A stretch of DNA of 64,000 nt from NCBI GenBank assembly GCA_051294905.1, contig CM119372.1:30256001-30320000 (forward strand), in the 5' to 3' direction. Source of the stretch: Botryllus schlosseri. Taxonomy: Eukaryota. A model generated the notes under the pieces. That model saw only the letters and a list, made by a program, of their open reading frames with translations, ran no database searches and had not been told where the DNA came from. Position numbers and translations under genes: made by a program. Positions 46,109 through 56,483 of the stretch are shown here, in pieces (position 1 is the stretch's first letter; the number at the start of each line of letters is the position of its first letter).

Positions 46109-48612
46109 CTGACACAATATTACCCCAACATGTTAAAACTGTACATAATGCCTCGTTACCTTTGTTTACATTCCTTGATTCACCGGACAACCCCCTACAA
46201 CCGTATTTCGCAGAATTATTCGGTGGGCAACTTTTATACCTAGTGGATACAAACACAGACACTAAATTTCTAGCCGATACTGGCAGTATCCCCAATTTGA
46301 TTATGAAAAGCGTAGTAAAAAATAAATATCCGAGAAGCTGGGCTGAACGACAGCCACTTGATATGAAATTGCGCGGAATAGGAGGCTCGTCCCGAGTCGA
46401 CTCTCTAGTAATAGTACCTCTTGACGGATTGCAAGTTCCATTTGCAACTGGTAAAGGAGTTCCTCTTAATATAGTGGGGCTAAAATGGATTGACAAAGTA
46501 CAACAATTACCGAGTATAGATACTGAATTTAAAACTCCATCTACTGTTAATGAAGAATTGTCATTGGCAACACTACATAGTATGGCTTTACGCGATAAAA
46601 AGGAAGGAACCAGAATTGAAAACAGTCCTTGCAAAACTGTGACCAAGGATGGGTTGGTGAAAGCTGCAGAACAGACAAGCGTCGAGACGGCAAGGGCCGC
46701 TGATGCTGGCGTCGAAGTGGCAAGGGCCGCTGACGCATACGTTGGGTCGGTAAACACCGCTGACGTTACAATAGAAAATAGAGACTCTTTAGGTGCCGAG
46801 CAAGGAAGGCCTGCTGACACCTGCCAAAATCGCGCCGAGCGAGGAAGTCCCGCTGACGCAAATGGAGTGCAAACTAATGAAGGAGGCTCCAATGATGAAG
46901 GCAAGATGAGCGTCGAGTTGGCAAGGGCCGCTGACGCAAACGTTGGGTCGGTTAACACCGCTGGCGTTACAATAAATCAAAGAGACTCTTTAGGTGCCGA
47001 GCCAGGAAGTCCTGCTGACACCAGTCTAATTCGTGCCGAGCGAGGAAGTCCCGCTGACGCGAATGGGGGTCAAACTAATCAAGAAGACCCCGAGGATGTA
47101 GGCAAAGCTGCTTGTCCAGATGACGGTAAGGCATCAGTGCGGAATGATCCCACCACAACCGCCGTCATGCCTACTTCACTCAATAATAGTTCCAACGCAG
47201 CTACTACTCATTATCCGGATATGAGTCCGGATGTGGCTAAAGAGGAGTCTGGAGATTTTAGGATGCAAGTCTCTCCAGAACAAGGGCCCCCGTCGGATCA
47301 AAGCTCCGGCGGCGTGACGTTAGGCGTGGGCACGCGCCGAGATCAGAGGTTAACACGAATAGGTAGGGAAGTCCCGCTGACGGAAAAAACCCTCGCCCTC
47401 TCCCCACCAACACCAGAACCCCGATTACCGCATAAGCCAAACAGAAAGGTAAACGGTCCGGTAAACACGTACGTCTTACAAGAGGGAACCAGTCCAGAGG
47501 TAAAAACTGAAGTTGAGCTCCTGTGCGCACAATCAGTAGAGCTAGCAAAATGGCCATATAAGCCCCTTGATTCAGCTACGCCAGAAAATACCATTATTGC
47601 CGACAACGTATGGCCAGAGGTCTATAAACCTTTTGCGACTGAGCGGGAAGATCTGCCATGCCATCTTAGCGCGCCCCAATCTATGAAGTACCAGTGCGAC
47701 AGGGAACTAGAATACCCATCAACTAAGCCATTTGTCTCTGGTCCCTCTAATTTGAAAGGGGGAAGCCATACCAAGGATTTACAAGAAGCTGTAACCGTGT
47801 GGTCAGCAAATATGGTGTCATGCGTGATGAAGCCAATAACGGAGAAGTACCAGCAGCACATAAAAGAACATGGCTGGGCTGATAGGAAAAATACAACAGC
47901 TATGGAGGTCTACATTTCTCTCGGAACAATGCAAGTATTCACGTCTGATGGATTGTCCAGATCATATTGGGTAGAAATGGCGGTAGGAGATGACGATCCC
48001 CGTGCTGCTAATCCGAAAAGGAAAGAAGTAACCCATATTTTGTGTGAATCTCAACAAGAAAGGGTGCAACGAACATTGATGTACCATTACAGGCATGCAG
48101 AGTGCCAAGACTCGACAAATGGATACCACCAATGGGAAAGCATCCATGCGATTGTACAAGGCAAACTGAAATTAAATTTTGAAATGACCGAAATAAAAGA
48201 CGTCTTGATAAGTTGCGATAGGGCTGTAGTCACAAGCTACGGTCTGGCCGCGCCACACCGACATACGAAAGGGTCGACTCCCCCCTACAAGGAGCACGGA
48301 GGTGACGGTATGCTATGTCACATGGCGACTGAATTGAACGCAAAAGTTTTCATGAATGAGGAGATCAAAAGGATGAACAGAAAGTTTGTTCATCCTAGCA
48401 AGTCAAAGACGACAAAGATGCTAGGCCGGAAGATTGTTATCAGCGTGAATGCGGCGTATCTGAAGACTGAAGGGGTGAAATTGCTACAATCTCCAAATCC
48501 CGATGTTGTGATTGTGTTGAACTTTGAGGAATTTGGCTGCACAATGAATTCAAACGGACAAAATCTAAACCCAGTAATTAGATATATGCTGAATCAGCAG
48601 GAGTGCATTTAA
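46075..48612 (+). CDS. Frameshift ORF2: retropepsin, repetitive linker, unknown domain and Tpt1/KptA-like 2'-phosphotransferase
   Basis: FLADTGS (DTG at 46276), flap GIGG, NIVGLKWI. C-terminal 190 aa has YRH, DRA, HRHT, LCHMAT, RMNRKFVHPS and VISVNAAYLKTEGVKLLQSPN. No YxDD or DDE motif. Confidence 0.8.
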   Translation: MGALIDPVNQLPDTILPQHVKTVHNASLPLFTFLDSPDNPLQPYFAELFGGQLLYLVDTNTDTKFLADTGSIPNLIMKSVVKNKYPRSWAERQPLDMKLRGIGGSSRVDSLVIVPLDGLQVPFATGKGVPLNIVGLKWIDKVQQLPSIDTEFKTPSTVNEELSLATLHSMALRDKKEGTRIENSPCKTVTKDGLVKAAEQTSVETARAADAGVEVARAADAYVGSVNTADVTIENRDSLGAEQGRPADTCQNRAERGSPADANGVQTNEGGSNDEGKMSVELARAADANVGSVNTAGVTINQRDSLGAEPGSPADTSLIRAERGSPADANGGQTNQEDPEDVGKAACPDDGKASVRNDPTTTAVMPTSLNNSSNAATTHYPDMSPDVAKEESGDFRMQVSPEQGPPSDQSSGGVTLGVGTRRDQRLTRIGREVPLTEKTLALSPPTPEPRLPHKPNRKVNGPVNTYVLQEGTSPEVKTEVELLCAQSVELAKWPYKPLDSATPENTIIADNVWPEVYKPFATEREDLPCHLSAPQSMKYQCDRELEYPSTKPFVSGPSNLKGGSHTKDLQEAVTVWSANMVSCVMKPITEKYQQHIKEHGWADRKNTTAMEVYISLGTMQVFTSDGLSRSYWVEMAVGDDDPRAANPKRKEVTHILCESQQERVQRTLMYHYRHAECQDSTNGYHQWESIHAIVQGKLKLNFEMTEIKDVLISCDRAVVTSYGLAAPHRHTKGSTPPYKEHGGDGMLCHMATELNAKVFMNEEIKRMNRKFVHPSKSKTTKMLGRKIVISVNAAYLKTEGVKLLQSPNPDVVIVLNFEEFGCTMNSNGQNLNPVIRYMLNQQECI

Positions 48613-49671
48613 TACGAGAGAATAATTGATGAGGAAAAAAAGGATTCAAGTTAGAGTGCTTCACATGAAAGAAATCGATTTTTTCATGGGGAAACATGAA
48701 ATGGGACGTGTTGCACATGTTCCGGGAAATCAGGTGTATAGTATATGTGTTCCGATTTCTCTGTGAAAGAACGATTACTTTTTATTTTTGCAAGGACTGT
48801 GACATAAACTGAACATTCGTGAACAAGGAAGAGATATTATACCAGGCTCGTGAGAGCGCAAACGTCTGATTTTCAAACGCCATAGCTCATTATTACGTCA
48901 GAAGCAGCATATTAGCTTTGCGCGTCATTGCGTAAGAAGTGTCCACGTCCACAGTAAATAGATATTCGATGTACGTACGTCGTACATTAGTGTCACTGTA
49001 AGAACACCCGCCGTGCTGTATATCAGGTTATCAACACGTTCCACACGCCACTACCTCGCAGCAGTATAATTTATCTCCGCTCTGCCTATAGTTTAAAATA
49101 GTAACTTATGAGTTGATGCTTGGTTAGTGGTTATGCTTATGCTTAGTTAAACGCAATTTGACCGTAGCTGCTTGGCGAGCAGTAGGCCTATCTAGTACGT
49201 ACGTACACCGGACAGAGATTTGAAATTTTGTACTCGTCAAATAAATCATTACGATTTCCATAACGAAGCAGTAAAAATCAACAGCTGGTGATATATATAT
49301 CAGAACCGACCCGTTTTTGCCGTTTCTCGTAACGACAGCTTGCCGTACAATATATGTATTAAGTTGGAGGCAGAATTTTATGTTCCCTTCGTCTTATTCT
49401 CATATGAGTCTACTTGAAAGGGCGCCAATCGTTATTTCACAATTCTTTACTCAACATTGGGACCTGCCGCCATGGCCATAGGCTTATATATCATGTTAGC
49501 ATGGATTGTAGCTGGAATCAGGACAAAAACAGCAATTCGTCCCCCGGCCTTTGGCCCCCATTAGGTGGTAATCGCAAGTTGAAGACTCAATTTCGTCAAT
49601 AATTGCATTATATTACTATTAATTTTTAATCCTTTCACAGCCCGCGATGGTTAGATTTCCCTGTAGAGTTT

Positions 49672-49782
49672 GTAATCTTGGTGTTTGTCGACTACAACGG
49701 TCAGTTACACAAGACCGATTTCCTGCATTCTGCACCCAATGGCGTTGCAGCCGTGGATTATACCACTGTGCTATCTCGCCAC
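49672..49782 (-). mobile_element. Internally deleted SINE S2 copy
   Basis: Reverse complement gives GTGGCGAGATAGCACAGTGGTATAATCC joined directly to the GTAGTCGACAAACACC tail. Confidence 0.75.
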
Positions 49783-52521
49783 ACAATTACCTACATGTAG
49801 AGCTGGGGGCACGTAATTCATAATTATAACCTCTGGTATCTTGTTATAATTACTTTAGTGTATGTTGTTAATTCGTGACCTCCGGTTTGTTATATAATCC
49901 AACACTGTAGTGGCTCAAGCGTAGCAGACTAAAAATAAATTTCGTGATACGCACAAACAAATTGTCATGTCTTTATATCTGACTGCATGTCTAGCAACTC
50001 AAGTTGTAAATTACCAGGGTCAGTGGCCACATTAACTACAAAAGGACTTGAAAACATTTTCATCATGGGCAAAAAAGCATTCTTTCCGTCAATGCGGCCG
50101 TTGAACTTAACAATCAAGTCAAATGATCTATTGGTTTGATGGTCAGATAGCGTTGTAAAACGTGTTGTAGGACCACCTGCACTTAATTAAGTCTGATGAT
50201 GAGCAGACTTAAATTTGAGTGACGATCCAAACGCATTTGAGTGTGAGCATACTTTTTGACGTGAGTTGAGTAACGAAATCGTTGCAGAGTAGAGAATCGC
50301 TACTCGACAGCAAAGAAATTGGTCTCCACCCTTAATTATGAACTCCAGATTCCAAGCCAAGCTAGTGTAATTTTTGAATATCAATTTTTTTGTTTCTTCT
50401 AAATTGATTTTATAATATTTTTGTTGGATTTTCCAACGTCAATGGGGGCCGCAAGTAGGCTAGCTCTGAGCCGCGGTTGGGAATCACTGATCTAGAGAGG
50501 ATTTTCCAGTTAATTAGATCTCTCGAAAACACTCTATAACTTATGTTGGTTTACGAAACACTTTTTGAGCCCCCTTCGAGCTCGCTCCCCACCCTATTGG
50601 GAAATTTGGGGCGCGGCAATTATGACCCTGGCAAGAATGCAAATCATTGGGCGCGATAAATTGACCTCTATAAAAATGGTCAATGGGTACATTATGACGT
50701 AACAAGAAATTGACCATCTCTTTTAAAGGAAGTTTGTTATCTCATTAGGCCTCTTCAGCGCAATCCATATATTGTCTTCCAACATAGCTTCTAAGATGCA
50801 AAATAAATGTAATCGTGAGTAATCGTGATTACTTTTCCAATGTAATCGTAATCGTAATCGACTACTTCCTGATTTTGCTGTAATCGTAATCGTAATCGTA
50901 ATTGCGTCATTCAGAAGTGATCGTAATCGCAATCGATTACAATCATGAAGTAATCACCCCATGTCTGGTAGATATTCCTCTGATTGAAAACATGGTACCG
51001 GTGGCTTTGCCTCCACCTAAATATTAGGACTAGTGTGTCGGTGACTCGTCATAATACAACGTCTACGCTACTATTATTGGAATATGGGAATGAATCGTGC
51101 AAATTGTATGTGCTTGTCTTGTATGTCCAGCAACCAGCAAGCTATTTTTGATGGAGGTATTATTTTCAAAAGATTTTATCACTCAACCAATTAATTTCAC
51201 TGCACTCGAGTAGTAATTCACGGCATTGCTTTTACTTTAGTGGCAACGAGGACTAGAAGAGGCTAGTAGAAAATGTATCGCAATGCCCCGTTCCCACGGG
51301 GAGATTATTCCGTCGCTATTTAGTTCCACAGCGATGTCGATATAGTAAATCAGAATAGCAAGTCCTGGTTGTCCGAATGTTATACACCAAATTCCGTAAT
51401 GTTCATTTAGTAGTAAATAGAAGGACAAGCGGACGAAATAGTTTTAGAGACGGCCGAGAGGCAATATTATATACATCACGAGCAGGCACCACACACCTAA
51501 CGGATACATACAACGTCACAATTACTATGCGCCCAAGGGCATAACTCTTTTCGATTGCCTGTAATAGGCGACCATATAAATATGCCGGTCACTTGCTGGA
51601 TCATACTCGAATTGGAACAAAGGTCATCAAAATATGGCGAGTCATGCAGAATTCGTCGTCATGCAAAATTAGTGGACTGTTCTCGACTAGACGTTTTCAT
51701 AATACGTTTTCAGTCGACAGTCGATTTGTGACTGTTGTTATGATACATCGTGTGCATTGCGAAATCGGAACCACTTACTTCTGAAATGTCAATACTGTCT
51801 CAAATGTTTATAAGCTCAAAAGTAATTAACCAATTGATATCACGCTGTTGCGTTCCGGCCTAACAATACGATAACACATTCCAAGGTGCAGCCTCGTATT
51901 TCTGGAGTGGAATCTGAAAGGAAACAGCAGAAGCCACACTGATTTGCAATAAATAATCATTATCATGTTTTTCGTTTTGTGTGACATTTAGTGGTTTTCT
52001 GCTTTTAATACTGTGTCGATGCCCGGTTCATTTTCTGTACCAGTAATCCATAGTAAAGTGTGTGTAGTTAGATATTGTGGTAATTTCTGTTTTTGTGACT
52101 CGCGAAAATTTGTGGATTGTAGGCTTGTAGATTAGCGTAAGTGTTCCGTAGCCCGTAGGTTACCATAAAGGTTATAATCACTGTCATTGGCCCAGACAAC
52201 TAGACAGGTTAAGCAATGCGTAATAATGGTCTTGCTACAAATGCCACATCGATGCATGGCTGTGATAGATGTCATAACTTCTAACGAATCTCGAGTAGGC
52301 GATAATATAAATGCGTCAGTTATTTGCTTCATCGTGTTCGAATTAGGACAAAGGTTACCGTAACATGTTGAGTCACGTTGGTCGTTGGAATGCGTCGTCG
52401 TGTAACATTAGCAGAGTGTTCTCGTGCTTCGTGCGGTAAGGCGTTGTGGATTTGGCATTTTTCAAGTGATTTTGGATTTGGTATTTTTGTTTCATTGATT
52501 ATTATAGGTCAGTGATTAATT

Positions 52522-53826
52522 TAGGGATGGTGTGAACCTCTGAAAGGTTCTGGTTCGTGTGAACGCGAACCTTTTCGAAAGGTTCTGTGTGAACGCGAAC
52601 GTGAACCTCATGACGTCACGTGACGTCATATTGCTAATTTCAACCCTTCATTTCAATTATGTAATTGCCTACATTATGTATATGTATTGTACAATATATG
52701 TACTGTACAGTGTACACGATACCTAGCGACGACTCGGGCCACATAATGGCACAGTGCTGAAGTAGGCTACATATTGACGTTTTAAACGTCGCCAAATGTA
52801 TCAAATGAGGCAATCAAATGATATATTAATTCCATAAAATCAAGATCTTCCGTCGCTTTGCCAACAATTTCGACGAGGACTTGCCAGGGAATATAAGCTT
52901 ACGCCTCAACGGTCTCGGCCAGACCGAACAATGTATTCGGCGCCTGCGTATTGCTACATGGATATTGAGCAGAGTGTAAAACGGGTTTCTATACTTGCTA
53001 CCGATATTGCCACACTATCAATAGCGCAGTGGTATAATCCGCGGATGCAACGCCAATGGGTTCGGGTTCGAGTCCGACCGAGGTCGACTTCCGAATTCCG
53101 ATACCTAAGTGTTGGAGGTTTACCTAGGCTCCTCCTCGCCACCTCATCCGCGTCCGTGGGCCGTGCTATAAATCGACAGATACGGAAAATAAGAAGAATA
53201 TCGGCCTGGTGTAAATGACCATAGTAGTCGACAAACACCATGAATACCCCAAAACAAACAAACAAAACCACACTATCAAGTTATACAACAGTAGCAACAT
53301 CCCAATCGCACGGATTTGGGATTTGGTGTTTATGATACAGTTTACATATTAAATCACGATTGACCCCGTACGCCTGCTAGATTTTTACATCAGAAAACGA
53401 TATCAATCTCATTGATTGGTTTAATAAGCATCATTCGCTGACTACATGCAGTGTATTTCGCTCTTGATGTTATGCGATTGAGGTTTAAGCTCACAGCAAA
53501 GAGTCACTAAATATTCACAGACGGAAAGCTGTATATTTCGAGCAAGCTTTGCAACAACGGAAGTAAAATTTCTCAGATTGTCAAGGTACATATGCTCGTT
53601 TAGTCGATAGTCGATTGCTTATGCTGCCAGCGCCATGCATAGAGTGGCCCGCAGTTGAAATGCAATAAATTTAAACCAAAGATGCTATAATGAAGGGAAA
53701 ATTGCAATATATGAAAAAGGTTCACAGTGCAGAACCTACCAAGGTTCTGTTGTGAACGCGAACCTCAAAATTTCCGAGGTTCACACACAGAACGCGAACA
53801 TGAACCTCGCGTTCACACCATCCCTA
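52522..53826 (+). mobile_element. hAT MITE family C with nested SINE
   Basis: TIR TAGGGATGGTGTGAAC; degenerate TSD GTGATTA. Confidence 0.9.
53022..53267 (+). mobile_element. tRNA-derived SINE S2
   Basis: A box TAGCGCAGTGG, B box GGTTCGAGTCC, (AAAC)n tail; 12-bp TSD CCACACTATCAA at 53010 and 53268. Confidence 0.92.
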
Positions 53827-54026
53827 GTGATTATTAACCTTCGTTAACCAGTGGAATCCTACCAGTGGTTCTCGATCGGGGTGCCGCGGCCGTGTCAATT
53901 GGGCTGCTCAGGGGTGTCGAGAGAAAATGTGGTAAACAAGGTCATCGTACAGCAAAAATTGAAATAGTCCTTGATTTGAGCACAGCCAACTCGCCCACAT
54001 ATAGTAGCATGCGAGAGGGTGATAAC

Positions 54027-55688
54027 TAGGGCAAGTTTTTGTTGCACTAAAATCGGCAGAAAGTTGCATTTAATTTTGACAAAAGTTGCAGTAAAAAGTT
54101 GCATTCATAATTTTTGTTGAATTAGTAGGATGTGAGATAGGCTACTCGAAAGGTTCTCTCGTATAACCTAGCTCCTGCAGTGCTCTCAAATTTGTCACTT
54201 TTCCATTTCACGGACATTCTGGCGAGACCGCCAGAAATTATATGTTTTCCCGTACACAGCAAGAAAATTACGCAATGCAGGAGTAATTTCACCAAAAAAA
54301 GCCAAACAGCGTAGCGATAACCCCCTCCCCCTAAAACAAGTCAAATAACTCACCCCAAACCCCGTCTGCAAACTGTACCCAAGGTGTTGCTGAAAAATCA
54401 TTCTTGGCGACTTTAACAAAATCAATAGCCTAAATATGGGGACCCAGTGAAAATGTAATTTTTGGCAGTCTGGCTTAGGCGTCCCTGGAATGGGAAACTA
54501 TCCCAAATTTAAACGACAGAATTACTAAAGAGATCTATTTAAATATTGTTCGGACAATGTCGTGCTTTGGCAGGGGTAGCTGAACTTTTTGCTTGCAAGC
54601 CATTGGGTCATATATAACACAGTGAGATGCAGCTAACCCATCATATAGCTCTTTTTTTATCCAAATCAAAGAGAATAGAACCATACTAGAACTAGTTTAT
54701 AGCATTTTGTAAATCACTCCTTTAAATTTTGACGCAATATTCGATAAAAGTTGCAGTAAAATTTGGTTTGAAAAAAAAAAGTTCCAAAAAGTTGCACTAT
54801 AAAATCCCTCCAAACAGCTTAAAACATCATTCTACCTAGATTCTGAGTATCTAAACTTGCCCTAGTGTTTTGCAACTTTTGCAACTTTTTTTACCGCTTC
54901 CAACAGCTTCCTAAGCTGTTTGGCGGGATTTTATAGTGCAACTTTTTCATACCAATTTTCACTGCAACTTTTATCAAATATTGCGTCAAAATGTAAGGGA
55001 ATGATTTAAAAACACGCTCTAAACTATTTCTAGTATGGTTCCATTCTCTTTGATTTGCATAACAAAGAGCTACATATTGGGTTAGCTGCATCTGACTGTA
55101 TTATCTGTGACACATTGGCTTGCGCGCAAGAAGTTCTACTACCTCTACCAAGCATGACCATGTCCGAACAATATGTAGATAGATTGCTTTACTAATTCTG
55201 TCGTTTAAAGTTGAGATAGTTTCCCATTTCATGAACGCCCAGGCGAGACCGCCGAAAACTACATTTCACTGGGTCAACTTGTTCAGACTATTGATTTTGT
55301 TAAAGTCGCCAAGAATGAGTTTTTCTGCAACGCCTTCGGACAAATTGGCAGACTTAGGAGTTTGGGGTGAATTATTTGACTTGTTTTAAGGGGAGGGCGT
55401 TGTCGCTACGCTGTTTGGCTCTTTTGGAGAAAATTATTCCTGCATTGCGTAATTTTCTAGCTGTGTATCGGGGAAAATATAATTTTGGCGGTTTTACCAG
55501 AATGTCCGTGTGATGGCGAAGTAACAAATTTGACAGCTCTGCAGGAACTAGGTTGTGCAACAGAACCTTTCGAGTAACTCATACCCTACTAATTCAACAA
55601 AAATTATAAATGCAACTGCTTACTGCAATTTATGTCGAAATTAAGTACAACTTTCTCGCGATTTTAGTGCAACAAAAAATTTGCCCGA
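54027..55688. mobile_element. Inverted dimer of an approximately 840-bp hAT MITE (family F)
   Basis: 54027-54864 is complete (TIR TAGGGCAAGTTT); 54865-55688 is a diverged inverted copy; outer TSD GTGATAAC is perfect. Confidence 0.85.
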
Positions 55689-56483
55689 GTGATAACTAAA
55701 CGAAAGCTCATCACCCGAGAAATTAGACCGTGATGCTGAGGTCTGGCCGAAAGTGTTGATGTTTTTTCTAGTCACCACCATCACAACTTCGGGCTGAATA
55801 CTGAACAGTGACATGACGTAGGTTAATGACCCTTGTTCTTTGATAAGTCCTCATCCTGCCAAATATTGCACTCCGGGTAATCGTTGATTTTTTAGAGTTC
55901 GTGAAGTTCTCACATCTAAGGTCAATTTATTTTTGCACTATTGTGATTCCTGAAATGATAATTTATCGAACGGCACACTTTTACACACAACCCGTTGGTG
56001 TTGCAGTGATGCAACGAAACACTAGGCACTCGCCTGCCAGGGCACTCGAAGTGCTACATTGCCGCGAAGAGAAGGTGCCGCGAGGTCAAAGAGACCGACA
56101 ACCACTGCATTGCGCTAAGCAAGCCTTGGGGAACCCCAAGTCTTCGCTGAGGCACAATACAAACATCTTTACCACATTAAACATATAAGCTTAACTACAC
56201 ATCTAATGCACACTGTACAGCAGTGGTTCTCAACCTTTGTGAGTTTGCGGACCGGTAAAATTTCAAAACAAATTTTGCGAAGCGGTAAACCTTCCTAACC
56301 CCAATTATTATTACGACAGATTCAATTGATGGTTTTCCAGCGCCAAGTCTTAATATGGATAGTTCGGATTCTTTTGAACTAAATTAAACTTTGCTATATG
56401 TTAGCCTTTGTGATACCGTCAAACGTCGTTAAAGCGCGGTGTCGAATTTTGCTTACAGTGTTCTTGGCTTACACATATATATA

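Larger units (their letters stand above)
26085..50967. mobile_element. 24.9-kb segment bounded by one hAT-type TIR pair and TSD
   Basis: Left CAGACATGGGGTAAT, right (reverse complement) CAGACATGGGGTGAT; GTAGATAT at both 26077-26084 and 50968-50975; GTAATC subterminal arrays at 26095-26230 and 50800-50955. Confidence 0.72.

Noticed and set aside
46101-46958. 285-aa minus-strand ORF
   Set aside because: Antisense shadow of ORF2's repetitive linker; no recognisable motifs.
48590-48770. Second frameshift into a pol ORF
   Set aside because: No slippery heptamer; both alternative frames stop within 10 codons; only a short ORF of about 45 codons from 48629 follows.
38184-49016. LTR pair starting TGTAAGA...CCGCCGTGC at 38184 and 48997
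   Set aside because: Similarity is limited to about 20 bp, does not extend, and there is no TSD.
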